From the NCBI GenBank assembly GCA_040007325.1, contig JBDTVF010000001.1, positions 1 through 60,374 of the forward strand: 60,374 nucleotides of DNA, given 5' to 3'. The notes beneath the pieces were generated by a model that did no database searches, was not told the DNA's origin, and saw nothing but the letters and a program-made list of their open reading frames with translations. Position numbers and translations under genes: made by a program. Shown here piece by piece: positions 9,524-21,163 of this stretch; positions within the stretch are counted from its first letter, which is position 1, and every line of letters begins with the position of its first letter. The DNA is from Ginsengibacter sp. (GTDB lineage: Bacteria > Bacteroidota > Bacteroidia > Chitinophagales > Chitinophagaceae).

Positions 9524-9531
9524 TACCTTTG
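9524..9531 (+). promoter_or_regulatory. -7 promoter element of gyrB
   Basis: TACCTTTG, 44 nt before ATG. Confidence 0.7.
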
Positions 9532-9542
9532 CACCACTATAA

Positions 9543-11555
<2,013 letters not shown>

Positions 11556-11594
11556 AATTTTGTCCTGGAAAATCTCTTGTTTAAAAGCGGGAAT

Positions 11595-12734
11595 ATGAAA
11601 TTTAATTCCAGGATTTTAGTATTCCTGATGCTGATTGCCGTTACTACCAGTTTGCAGGCACAAGTCGATTACCCGGTTTTTAAATCCAAAACCGTTATCA
11701 ATCCGGCAGATAGTCAGAAATTGTCTTTAGACATCTACAATCTCAATTATATTTATAACACAGAGTACTTCACAAATATTCCGCTTAGCGGCACGTTGTT
11801 CGGTTACCAATTAATTCCGGAAATTAAATACCAGCCTAATTCCAGATTTATTATAAAGGGAGGAGTTTATCTTCAGAAAGAATTTGGAAGAACCGGATAC
11901 ACTTCTTTGCTACCTACTTTCACTGTTAAGTATAAAGCAAAACAATCTTCCTACATACTCGGAACCCTGGAAGGCAACACGAATCATGGTTTTGTAGAAC
12001 CGATTTATGATTACAAATTATTGCTCAATGAGCGACTTGAAAACGGCTTCCAGTTTTTTGTAAATACAAAAAACTACGATCATGATTTCTATATTAACTG
12101 GAGACGTGCCATCCACCTTGGCGACCCGTTTAAAGAAGAGTTTGACATTGGGTATACGGCAGCTATTAAATTAATGAACACGGACAAGATAGAAATAAAA
12201 CTTCCTGTACAGTTATTATATTCCCATAAGGGCGGCCAAATTGATTCTGCCTCCACGCCCCTCACGTCCATAGTAAACGATGCAGCTGGCTTATCATTAG
12301 GATTCAATACTGGAGATCATTTTCTTCGAAGGGTTGTTTTCGACAATTATTATGTGAATTATAAGGATATATCTGGCACAAAACGCCAACCCTTCAATGA
12401 GGGCAACGCTTATCTCTCACATTTGCTCTTTAAGTTCAAATTTTTTGACCTTGACCTGAGGTATTGGGATAGTTATGGTTTTATAAATCCGCGTGGTAAT
12501 TCCTTATTCAGCTCAGTATCAGAAAAATACATTGGTCTTACAGAAGAACATCGCAACCTTTTGCTGGCAAGCTTTATATACGATAAGGAGGTGTTTAAAC
12601 ATGGCAATTTTGATTTTCGCTTTAGTCCATATTACGATTTCGTGGAAAAAAAACTTGAATATTCTTATGAAATGTATTTTTCCTATCATTTGTCGGTCCT
12701 GCTGACAAAAATTCGAACTGCTTTGGGTAACTGA
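11595..12734 (+). CDS. Hypothetical exported protein, probable outer-membrane beta-barrel
   Basis: Signal peptide MKFNSRILVFLMLIAVTTSLQA-Q from ATG 11595; aromatic-rich alternating beta-strand pattern. Confidence 0.6.
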   Translation: MKFNSRILVFLMLIAVTTSLQAQVDYPVFKSKTVINPADSQKLSLDIYNLNYIYNTEYFTNIPLSGTLFGYQLIPEIKYQPNSRFIIKGGVYLQKEFGRTGYTSLLPTFTVKYKAKQSSYILGTLEGNTNHGFVEPIYDYKLLLNERLENGFQFFVNTKNYDHDFYINWRRAIHLGDPFKEEFDIGYTAAIKLMNTDKIEIKLPVQLLYSHKGGQIDSASTPLTSIVNDAAGLSLGFNTGDHFLRRVVFDNYYVNYKDISGTKRQPFNEGNAYLSHLLFKFKFFDLDLRYWDSYGFINPRGNSLFSSVSEKYIGLTEEHRNLLLASFIYDKEVFKHGNFDFRFSPYYDFVEKKLEYSYEMYFSYHLSVLLTKIRTALGN

Positions 12735-12785
12735 TTTTATGGGCTTTTTTGGCAAATAAATCTCAAGGAAATAAGTATAAATAGC

Positions 12786-12793
12786 TAAATTTG
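12786..12793 (+). promoter_or_regulatory. -7 promoter element of the small protein gene
   Basis: TAAATTTG, 62 nt before ATG. Confidence 0.6.
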
Positions 12794-12855
12794 GCTATCC
12801 ACTGTCAATTGACTTTGGGCTAAATCAACATTAGTAAACTATAAACCCAATTAAT

Positions 12856-13056
12856 ATGTCAAAAATGATAACAGCGTATTGCATGAAAACGAAAGAGAAA
12901 AATGTACCAATGCAGGATGCAGTAATCACCAAAACTTCAAGAGGTGGTTATATGGCGCAGGGCAACGATGGTAAAGGAAATAAGATGACAACTATGCTTA
13001 GTGAAGCAAATGCCGAGCAGGCGATAAAGGATGGTGTTGCTAAGAAGGGCTGGTAG
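12856..13056 (+). CDS. Small basic DUF5679-like protein (degenerate zinc ribbon)
   Basis: AYCMKTKEK...ITKTSRGGYMAQG pattern resembles DUF5679; has its own promoter element and terminator. Confidence 0.7.
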   Translation: MSKMITAYCMKTKEKNVPMQDAVITKTSRGGYMAQGNDGKGNKMTTMLSEANAEQAIKDGVAKKGW

Positions 13057-13075
13057 AAACGAATAAAAAGATTTG

Positions 13076-13111
13076 AAAAAGCGATATGGAATCATTCTAT
13101 ATCGCTTTTTT
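13076..13111 (+). terminator. Intrinsic (potentially bidirectional) terminator
   Basis: AAAAA-GCGATATGGAA-TCA-TTCTATATCGC-TTTTTT hairpin 19 nt after the stop codon. Confidence 0.85.
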
Positions 13112-13176
13112 GGTATAGTAATAGTTGTAAACAATTTTTATTAGATTTAACGTTATCCTTACCTAAACGAGAAAGA

Positions 13177-15132
13177 TTGACACTGACTTACCATGCATAT
13201 AGAAACCATTATAGTCAGCTTTCAAAACTTTCTCTTTTTTTCATATGCTGCCTCGCAGGTTCGGCTTCATTTGGTCAATATACTATAAATGGTTACGCCC
13301 AAAAAGATAATTGCCATTGTTATACACTTACAGATTCAAACTATTACCAGGCTGCTTCAGTTTGGAATAATAGGCAAATCGATTTAAGGCAATCTTTCAC
13401 TTTTACTTTTGATGTGTATTTTGGATGTCTCGATTCAGCAGGTGCCGACGGTATTGTATTTGTTTTGCAACCTACAAGCAACAAAGTTTTGGGAGTAGAT
13501 GGCAATGGTTTGGGTTTCCAGGGAATAGGAGCCTCAGTAGGAGTTACTATGGATACCTATCAAAATAGGAATGATAATGACCCTGTTTATGATCATATTA
13601 CCATTCAACTGAACGGAGATGTAGATCATAGAACTGCAAATAATATTGCCGGCCCTGTTCAGATGTCTTCCACAACAGCTAATGTGGAAGATTGCAACTG
13701 GCATAAGGTAACCATAAGCTGGAATGCTACAACAAAGCAGTATGACGTTTCATTTGATGGTGTGCCAAGATTAAGTATTGTGAAAGATTTTGTAGCTGAT
13801 GTGTTTAATGGCAATCCCATGGTATACTGGGGAATCAGCAGTGGCACTGGAGGCTTTATCAACACTCAAAAGTTTTGCCTGAACTTGTCAGCATTTTTTA
13901 AATTGCCACCCAATCAAAGGCAATGCGTAGGCGATGCCATTCAATTTTTAGATTCTTCCCGCTCGGGAAGCACGATTAAAAGATATTGGGATTTCGGAGA
14001 TGGGAGTATTATTGATTCAATAAATATAAATCCGGTGCATACTTTTCCTGTAGCAGGAAATTTCAATGTTACACTTAAGGTAGTTGGATTTGACGATTGC
14101 CCCGAGATCTATAGTAAACAAGTTGTAATAGGAAGCAAGCCGGTGGCAGATTTTACTGTCGACAATTCTTGCCAACAGAACACGGTACTTTTCGATTCTT
14201 CATATACTACTTCCGGAACGATAAACAATTGGTATTGGACACTTGGGAATGGATCGGCATCCACAGTGCAAAATCCAACCACTGCTTACGCAACACCAGG
14301 AGCCAAAACTATTTCTCTTGCCGTAAAGTCGTTGGAAGGCTGTATTTCTGATACTGTTTATAAAAACATTGTTGTTGATCCACAGCCATCACCCTCTATC
14401 TCATTTGCTGATGCCTGCAAAAATACAAACGTGATTTTTACTGCTTCTGATAATGCCGGAATACCAGGTCTCACATGGTATTTGAATTTTGGAGACGGGT
14501 CAATGGGTTCCGGCTCACCGGCTCAGCATGTATATTTAATGGCAGGCGCTTATAACGTATCATTATATGCTGCCACAACAAATGGCTGTAAATCGAACGT
14601 TATCCAGAACACGATAAATATTTACGGCACTGATGCCAATGCAGGAAGCGACATTAATGCCGCTGAACTGCAACCCATCCAATTACATGCAACAGGTGGT
14701 GTTACATATAAATGGTCTCCGCCATTTGGATTGAACAATCCAAACATTGCTGACCCTATCGCGACTTTATCAAAAAATCAAACATATGTCCTCACCGCTT
14801 TTACTCCGCAAGGTTGCTCCAGTACTGATACTATAACTATTAGAGTATATAAGGGGCCGGAACTTTATGTACCCAATGCTTTCTCTCCAAACAATGATGA
14901 TCTTAATGATATCTTCAAAGTGATAGCTGTGGGTATTGTAGAATTTAAGTACTTCCGTATTTACAACCGCTGGGGACAACTAATGTTTGAGACGTTAGAC
15001 TCAAACAAAGGATGGGATGGAACTTTTCGTGGCAAAAAACAACCACCTGATGTATATGTTTGGATAGCGTCTGCAAGAGATTTCAAAGGCAAGCTTATTT
15101 CCAGGAAAGGACATGTAATGCTGGTGAGATAA
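13177..15132 (+). CDS. T9SS type-B CTD (gliding-motility-associated C-terminal domain) surface protein with L-type lectin-like and PKD domains
   Basis: GADGIVFVLQ/MDTYQN/WHKVTISW lectin motifs; WDFGDG/WTLGNG/LNFGDG PKD repeats; C-terminal VPNAFSPNNDDLNDIF...IYNRWG...WDG...GHVMLVR. Start uncertain. Confidence 0.85.
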   Translation: MTLTYHAYRNHYSQLSKLSLFFICCLAGSASFGQYTINGYAQKDNCHCYTLTDSNYYQAASVWNNRQIDLRQSFTFTFDVYFGCLDSAGADGIVFVLQPTSNKVLGVDGNGLGFQGIGASVGVTMDTYQNRNDNDPVYDHITIQLNGDVDHRTANNIAGPVQMSSTTANVEDCNWHKVTISWNATTKQYDVSFDGVPRLSIVKDFVADVFNGNPMVYWGISSGTGGFINTQKFCLNLSAFFKLPPNQRQCVGDAIQFLDSSRSGSTIKRYWDFGDGSIIDSININPVHTFPVAGNFNVTLKVVGFDDCPEIYSKQVVIGSKPVADFTVDNSCQQNTVLFDSSYTTSGTINNWYWTLGNGSASTVQNPTTAYATPGAKTISLAVKSLEGCISDTVYKNIVVDPQPSPSISFADACKNTNVIFTASDNAGIPGLTWYLNFGDGSMGSGSPAQHVYLMAGAYNVSLYAATTNGCKSNVIQNTINIYGTDANAGSDINAAELQPIQLHATGGVTYKWSPPFGLNNPNIADPIATLSKNQTYVLTAFTPQGCSSTDTITIRVYKGPELYVPNAFSPNNDDLNDIFKVIAVGIVEFKYFRIYNRWGQLMFETLDSNKGWDGTFRGKKQPPDVYVWIASARDFKGKLISRKGHVMLVR

Positions 15133-15142
15133 ATTCAATCTT

Positions 15143-18100
15143 TTAGTCAAGACTTTTTTCGACGCGGTGAAGAAAATCATACATTTCCTTCATGCTATGA
15201 ATGTCTTTCACAATTAGAATCCCATTTCTGCCAACCTGTTTTAACCTGGCTTTATTTGTTTGGGTTTGAATAAACTCCAGTATTTTTTGAAAAATTTTAC
15301 TGCTAAAAAATGCTGAGTCAGGATTGGCTACAAAAAAACATTTGAGCGTGTTATCCTTTAATATCATTTTTTCAAAACCTAATTCTACAGCGATCTTTCT
15401 ACATCTAACGGTTGTGAATAGGTCTTCTACCTGGGGCGGTATTTCGCCGAAGCGGTCCTCCATTTCTCCATGAAATGCTGTAAGGTCTTTTTCGGTTTCG
15501 CAATTGTCTAATCGTGAATAAAGGCTCAGGCGTTCCGTAATACTTTCTACGTATGCATCCGGAATTAATATCTCCAGGTCAGTATCGATCGTACAATCCG
15601 ATACAAAATCATCCTGCTTTTGGATCTCTTCTCTAAATAGCTCCTTAAAGTCTTTGCGCTTTAACTCCCGAATCGCTTCATCCAAAATTTTCTGGTACAT
15701 CTCAAAACCAATTTCTGCAATGAAGCCGCTTTGTTCTCCTCCCAGCATGTTACCGGCACCTCGTATATCGAGATCACGCATGGCAATCTGGAAGCCGCTT
15801 CCAAGATCACTATATTGTTCCAAAGTAGTAAGTCGTTTTCGGCTATCAGCCGGCAAGGTGCTCATTGGCGGGGCAAGTAAATAACAAAAAGCTTTCTTGT
15901 TACTTCTACCTACTCTGCCTCGCAGCTGGTGGAGATCACTTAAGCCAAACTGGTGGGCATTATTTACAATGATGGTATTTACGTTGGCAATATCTACTCC
16001 GCTTTCAATAATGTTTGTACAAAGCAGTACATCATATTTTTGATCCATAAAATCGAGAATAGTTTCCTCCAATCTGTCGCCTTCCATTTGGCCATGCGCA
16101 TAAGTTATGCTTAAGTCAGGGCAAAGCCCCTGTATCAGTGTGCGCATTTCTGCAAGGCCGTGTACCCTGTTATGAATAAAGAAAACCTGGCCGCCGCGTT
16201 CGGTTTCATAATAAATTGCGTCGCGAATAAATTCCTGGTTGAATACATGCACTTCCGTCTGGATAGGTTGACGATTTGGTGGAGGCGTATTAATTATGCT
16301 AAGATCCCTTGCTCCCATAAGACTGAACTGAAGCGTTCTCGGAATTGGAGTTGCCGTTAAAGTGAGCGAGTCAACCGTCGTTCTGATTTGTTTTAATTTT
16401 TCTTTTGCAGCTACGCCAAATTTTTGTTCCTCATCAATAATCATTATACCTAGATCCTTAAACTTAACATCTTTACCAAGCAAAGCGTGAGTACCGATGA
16501 TGATATCAATCTTACCTTCCTGCAATCGCTGCAGGGTTTCTTTTTTTTCTTTGGAAGTTTTAAAACGATTTATATAATCTACTGTTACCGGGAAATCTTG
16601 CAGTCTTTCGCTAAAAGTTTTATAGTGTTGATATGCGAGAATAGTTGTAGGAACCAATATCGCCGCCTGTTTACCATCAAGGCAGGTTTTAAATGCCGCC
16701 CTTATCGCGACCTCCGTTTTTCCAAAACCTACATCGCCGCAAACCAACCTGTCCATAGGTGATTCCTTTTCCATATCAACCTTCACATCACTCACGGCCT
16801 TGCTTTGATCAGGCGTATCTTCATAAACGAAAGAAGCTTCAAGTTCTGTCTGCATATAATTATCAGGAGAATGTGCAAAACCTTTTTGACTTTTACGCTG
16901 AGCATATAATTTGATAAGATCGGTAGCAATATCCTTTACCTGCTTTTTTGTTTTTTCTTTAAGTTTGTTCCATACGTCACTGCCAAGTTTATTCATTTTA
17001 GGCACTGTACCTTCCTTGCCGCTATACTTACTTATTTTATGTAAAGAAGAAATGTTTACATACAAAAGATCTTTGTCTTTATAAACAATTCTTACAGCTT
17101 CCTGTAGCTTACCGTTAGATTCAATTTTTTCAAGGCCGCTATACACTCCTACTCCATGATCAATATGCGTTACGTAATCTCCCGGTTGCAGTTCCCGCAG
17201 GGTTTTTAGTGTGAGCGCCTTATTCTTACTGAAGGCTTGCTTTACCTTATACTTATGATACCGTTGAAAAATTTGGTGATCAGTATAGCAAACTATTTTT
17301 AGATCATTATCGACAAACCCCTCATGGATAGATGTAGGAATTGGCGTAAAATTTATTTCGGCATTAAGGTCGTCAAAGATGCTATGTAATCTCTCTAACT
17401 GTTTAGGGTTATCTGCAAAAATGAACAGGCTATAATTTTGCGATTCAAGTTTCTTTAAATTTTCAATCAATAACTTGAATTGGCGGTTAAATGCTGGTTG
17501 CGGCTGTATGGAAAAATTAAGTGAATGACCTTGTGCTGAAGTTGTTTTTGTAAAATAGGCCTTTGTTCCAAACTCAATAATATGCCGGTCTTGTAATTGG
17601 TTTTCCAATAGTCCTGCGGTAACAAAGTCTTCTGCAGAAACTGATTCCTTCTCGTTTAAGTCATCATCGAAATTGATCGTTTTTTGGCCTTTAGTGTTTA
17701 GCAATTCTATAAATAATTCAAGGTCTTCTTCCTGTTGAATAATCTTTTCTTTAATGAACTCCCAATCTTCAGCCCATACTACTGTATTACCAGGTAAATA
17801 CTCTAATAAAGAAACCTTTTCACCTGCGCCGAATTGAGTCTCAATATTCGGTATGATGTTTACCTGCAATATTTTTCTCTCGCTCAGCTGCGTTTCCGGA
17901 TCAAAAATGCGAATACTGTCAACATCATTCCCAAATAATTCTATACGATAAGGTTTTTCGTTTCCGAACGAATAAATATCAAGTATACCACCCCGAACAG
18001 CGAACTGTCCCGGCTCATACACAAAATCAGTTCTGCTAAAGCCATAATTGACAAAGCGGGAAAGTAGCTCGTCAACATCTATACTTTCCCCCTGCTTGAA

Positions 18101-18544
18101 CGAAATAATATTTTCTTTTAAAGTTTTGGAAAGCACCACTTTTTCAAATAATGCTTCCGGATAGGTTACAATTATTTTGCGGTTTCCGCCATTACTTAGC
18201 CTGGTAAGGGCTTCGGTTCGCAACATTACGTGACTGCTGTTTAACAGGCTATAATTTTTTGTGTTTTTGAACGAAGAAGGAAAATAAAAGACATCAAGAG
18301 CTTTGGTAATATTTTCAACGGTATTATGAAAATAGGCAGCCTCTTCGGCGTCTCTTAAAACTACAAGATGATTAAGTTGAGATGCAATCTCATGACTAAA
18401 AATGGCAGATATAATGAATTGGGAAGAGCTCCCATTTAAGCCGGAAAGATGAATATGCTGCGGGGTGGACAATACAATCCTGTCCGCAATTGAAAAAATG
18501 CGGGAATCGTGGTCATACATTTCCATCAACATCTCAAGGTTCAT
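15143..18544 (-). CDS. mfd: Transcription-repair coupling factor
   Basis: FAVRGGILDIY, DRLVCGDVGFGKTEVA, IIDEEQKFG, TATPIPRT, QLRGRVGRS. Start moved to ATG 18544 because the track's TTG is in the promoter element. Confidence 0.97.
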   Translation of the reverse strand: MNLEMLMEMYDHDSRIFSIADRIVLSTPQHIHLSGLNGSSSQFIISAIFSHEIASQLNHLVVLRDAEEAAYFHNTVENITKALDVFYFPSSFKNTKNYSLLNSSHVMLRTEALTRLSNGGNRKIIVTYPEALFEKVVLSKTLKENIISFKQGESIDVDELLSRFVNYGFSRTDFVYEPGQFAVRGGILDIYSFGNEKPYRIELFGNDVDSIRIFDPETQLSERKILQVNIIPNIETQFGAGEKVSLLEYLPGNTVVWAEDWEFIKEKIIQQEEDLELFIELLNTKGQKTINFDDDLNEKESVSAEDFVTAGLLENQLQDRHIIEFGTKAYFTKTTSAQGHSLNFSIQPQPAFNRQFKLLIENLKKLESQNYSLFIFADNPKQLERLHSIFDDLNAEINFTPIPTSIHEGFVDNDLKIVCYTDHQIFQRYHKYKVKQAFSKNKALTLKTLRELQPGDYVTHIDHGVGVYSGLEKIESNGKLQEAVRIVYKDKDLLYVNISSLHKISKYSGKEGTVPKMNKLGSDVWNKLKEKTKKQVKDIATDLIKLYAQRKSQKGFAHSPDNYMQTELEASFVYEDTPDQSKAVSDVKVDMEKESPMDRLVCGDVGFGKTEVAIRAAFKTCLDGKQAAILVPTTILAYQHYKTFSERLQDFPVTVDYINRFKTSKEKKETLQRLQEGKIDIIIGTHALLGKDVKFKDLGIMIIDEEQKFGVAAKEKLKQIRTTVDSLTLTATPIPRTLQFSLMGARDLSIINTPPPNRQPIQTEVHVFNQEFIRDAIYYETERGGQVFFIHNRVHGLAEMRTLIQGLCPDLSITYAHGQMEGDRLEETILDFMDQKYDVLLCTNIIESGVDIANVNTIIVNNAHQFGLSDLHQLRGRVGRSNKKAFCYLLAPPMSTLPADSRKRLTTLEQYSDLGSGFQIAMRDLDIRGAGNMLGGEQSGFIAEIGFEMYQKILDEAIRELKRKDFKELFREEIQKQDDFVSDCTIDTDLEILIPDAYVESITERLSLYSRLDNCETEKDLTAFHGEMEDRFGEIPPQVEDLFTTVRCRKIAVELGFEKMILKDNTLKCFFVANPDSAFFSSKIFQKILEFIQTQTNKARLKQVGRNGILIVKDIHSMKEMYDFLHRVEKSLD

Positions 18545-18565
18545 TCCAACGGCTACTTCAGCGTA

Positions 18566-18573
18566 CAAAGGTA
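18566..18573 (-). promoter_or_regulatory. -7 promoter element of mfd
   Basis: TACCTTTG on minus strand. Confidence 0.7.
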
Positions 18574-18656
18574 GGGCTTGATTTTAAAAACAGCCAGGCA
18601 CAATTATTTTAAGTTAAAAAACCAATGACCTCAATATAAAATTTTCAATTCACGAT

Positions 18657-18664
18657 TACATTTG
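18657..18664 (+). promoter_or_regulatory. -7 promoter element of the reductase gene
   Basis: TACATTTG, 23 nt before ATG. Confidence 0.65.
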
Positions 18665-18687
18665 TATTTTCCCTAAAATTTAATTGA

Positions 18688-19437
18688 ATGGCTTTAGAAC
18701 CCTGGCGCACGGGCACCGTGATACGAATTGAAGATGAAACTTACAATACACGCCGATTTTTTATACAGGTAGAAGAGCTTGATGTTTTTAACTTCAAGCC
18801 CGGGCAATTTGTGACGCTTGATCTTCCGATACATGAAAAGAAAAACAAAAGGTGGAGAAGCTATTCCATTGCAAGCTGGCCTGATGGAACAAATGTTTTC
18901 GAACTTTTGATCGTTCTTCTCGAAGATGGCGCGGGCACGCCCTATCTTTTTAAGGATATAAGCGTTGGTAGCGTTCTCACCTTTCGGGGGCCACAAGGCG
19001 TATTTACACTTCCTGAAAACATAGAAAAAGACCTGTTTTTTATTTGTACGGGAACAGGGGTTGCACCTTTCAGAAGTATGCTCCACTATATACTACTCCA
19101 CAATATTCCTCATCAAAACATGTATTTGATTTTTGGTTGCCGCACGCAAAAAGACCTTTTGTATCATGAAGAAATGAGGAGCCTGGAAAGGGAATTACAA
19201 GATTTTACCTATATGCCTACTCTTAGTCGTGAAGGGTGGGGTGGCTACAAAGGTTATGTTCACAGCCTTTATGAAGAAATATGTAAAAAAAATAATGAGG
19301 CTTGTGAGGATATTCAAAACCTGAAGCCTGTATCGTTTTATTTATGCGGCTGGAAAGCGATGATCGATGATGCCCGGCAAAAAATTACTGCACTTGGCTA
19401 CGATAGAAAATCTATTCACCTGGAATTGTATGGTTAA
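18688..19437 (+). CDS. FNR-family FAD/NAD(P)-binding oxidoreductase (ferredoxin-NADP reductase-like)
   Basis: FKPGQF, RSYSIAS, GTGVAPF, FYLCGW and C-terminal HLELYG. Confidence 0.9.
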   Translation: MALEPWRTGTVIRIEDETYNTRRFFIQVEELDVFNFKPGQFVTLDLPIHEKKNKRWRSYSIASWPDGTNVFELLIVLLEDGAGTPYLFKDISVGSVLTFRGPQGVFTLPENIEKDLFFICTGTGVAPFRSMLHYILLHNIPHQNMYLIFGCRTQKDLLYHEEMRSLERELQDFTYMPTLSREGWGGYKGYVHSLYEEICKKNNEACEDIQNLKPVSFYLCGWKAMIDDARQKITALGYDRKSIHLELYG

Positions 19438-19459
19438 TAAACTCACCGAAACTATTTCT

Positions 19460-19648
19460 ATGCGTAATAAACAAAATAGGCGGGCTATGGTAATTTCTTT
19501 ATTTGTGGTCTCCATGTCATTTTTAAATTTTACCCGTCTTAACGATACAGGATGTATTCGTGCAATCCACGTCGTTGCATTAGTTGTCTGTGGAATGGCG
19601 TTTGGAGTGTTTCTTACCAGTCTTTTCGCTTATCAAAAAAACAAATAG
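19460..19648 (+). CDS. Small hypothetical membrane protein (62 aa, 2 TM)
   Basis: ATG at 19460, 22 nt after the reductase stop; two hydrophobic segments flanking CIRAIH. Confidence 0.55.
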   Translation: MRNKQNRRAMVISLFVVSMSFLNFTRLNDTGCIRAIHVVALVVCGMAFGVFLTSLFAYQKNK

Positions 19649-19714
19649 ACTACGCCGTGCAAAAGCAGGGATGGGCTTGGGAACGGTTTTTGGGCATCAA
19701 ATAAAAAATTAATT

Positions 19715-20104
19715 ATGGAAAATACGAATATTGATGCCACACAAAATCGCCCGGGTGGTGAGCGGAAAATTGATTCACCGGTTCTGTTAATTGATCTTCC
19801 GTCTTACATAAAACAAATAAAGAATGAAAAAGCCTGGGAAGAAAATGACAGGAATGCAATAACAATTTATAAAACTGATAAGATCCGTATTTTGCTGGTG
19901 GCGCTACATAAAGGGGCTCATATGGAGACCGAGCGCCCTGAGAATGTATTTAGTTTGCAGTTGTTAAAAGGAAGACTGAATGTCGCAACAAGTTACGCCG
20001 CCACAGAAGTGGACAAGGATATGATAATTGCCATCCATGACAATGTACCCTACACGATTTCTGCCATTAAAAAATCAATTTTTCTGTTAACACTTGCAGA
20101 ATGA
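19715..20104 (+). CDS. Cupin-like domain protein
   Basis: RNAITIYKTDKIRILLVALHKGA...SLQLLKGRL...IFLLTL; typical metal-binding His positions appear substituted. Confidence 0.7.
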   Translation: MENTNIDATQNRPGGERKIDSPVLLIDLPSYIKQIKNEKAWEENDRNAITIYKTDKIRILLVALHKGAHMETERPENVFSLQLLKGRLNVATSYAATEVDKDMIIAIHDNVPYTISAIKKSIFLLTLAE

Positions 20105-20188
20105 TCATCTTTGAACAGCAAAATTTTAAATGCAGAATGTCCGGTGAGATTCTATAAATGAACGGTCAAAAAGATAATTACCAACCGA

Positions 20189-21139
20189 ATGAGTGCTAAA
20201 GGTTATTTCACCATTTCATTAGATTTTGAATTGTATTGGGGAATGCGTGATGTGCAGAGCCTTGAATCTTACCAGGAGCATATTCGGAATGTTCACTTCG
20301 TGGTTCCGGAATTATTGAAGCTTTTTAATAAATACGACATTCATGCAACATGGGCGATCGTAGGTTTTTTATATTTGAAAGACAAGGAAGAACTGGTAAA
20401 AAGATTTCCTGCAGAATTACCGGGCTATACAGGACATCAATTCAATCCTTATACCTACATTTTAAATAATGGTTTAGAAAAAGAATATCATTTTGCGCCC
20501 GCAAGTATAGAACTTATTAAAAATACACCGAACCAGGAAATTGGAACTCATACATTTTGTCACTACTATACACTTGAAGCCGGCCAGACACACCGGCAGT
20601 TTCAAAAAGATATTGAGGCCGCAATTTCAATTCAGTCAGCGGTCGCGCAAACTTGCCAGAGCATCGTGTTTCCCAGAAATCAGTATGATGTGGAACATTT
20701 GAAAATAATAAAAAAGCTAAAGATTAATTTTTACAGGGGAAACCAAAAATTTTGGCTTTACGACCCCAAACCATTTTATAAGGAAAACATATGGCTGAGA
20801 CTAATAAGGCTCGCCGATGCTTACATTAATATTTCGGGTCATAATACCTTTGTCTTAGAGAAATGTAATGATGATGTTCCGCTCAATGTTCGTTCAAGCA
20901 GATTTTTACGACCATATACTCATCGGCTGAGAAGTTTGGAGAATTTGCGCTTCAGACGAATACAACGGTCGATGCAGCATGCAGCCAAACATAACGAGAA
21001 TTACCATTTATGGTGGCATCCACATAATTTTGGCAAGAATCTGAAAAAAAACCTGGATTTCCTCGAAAAGATACTGATTGAATATAAGTCTTTGAATAGG
21101 GAGTTTGGATTTGAATCTACGGCAATGTGTGAAAATTAA
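20189..21139 (+). CDS. Polysaccharide deacetylase (CE4-like)
   Basis: ISLDFELYWG, EIGTHTFCHYY, SIVFPRNQ, HLWWHPHNFG. Confidence 0.85.
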   Translation: MSAKGYFTISLDFELYWGMRDVQSLESYQEHIRNVHFVVPELLKLFNKYDIHATWAIVGFLYLKDKEELVKRFPAELPGYTGHQFNPYTYILNNGLEKEYHFAPASIELIKNTPNQEIGTHTFCHYYTLEAGQTHRQFQKDIEAAISIQSAVAQTCQSIVFPRNQYDVEHLKIIKKLKINFYRGNQKFWLYDPKPFYKENIWLRLIRLADAYINISGHNTFVLEKCNDDVPLNVRSSRFLRPYTHRLRSLENLRFRRIQRSMQHAAKHNENYHLWWHPHNFGKNLKKNLDFLEKILIEYKSLNREFGFESTAMCEN

Positions 21140-21163
21140 ATCGGGATTCAATAAAAATTTACG

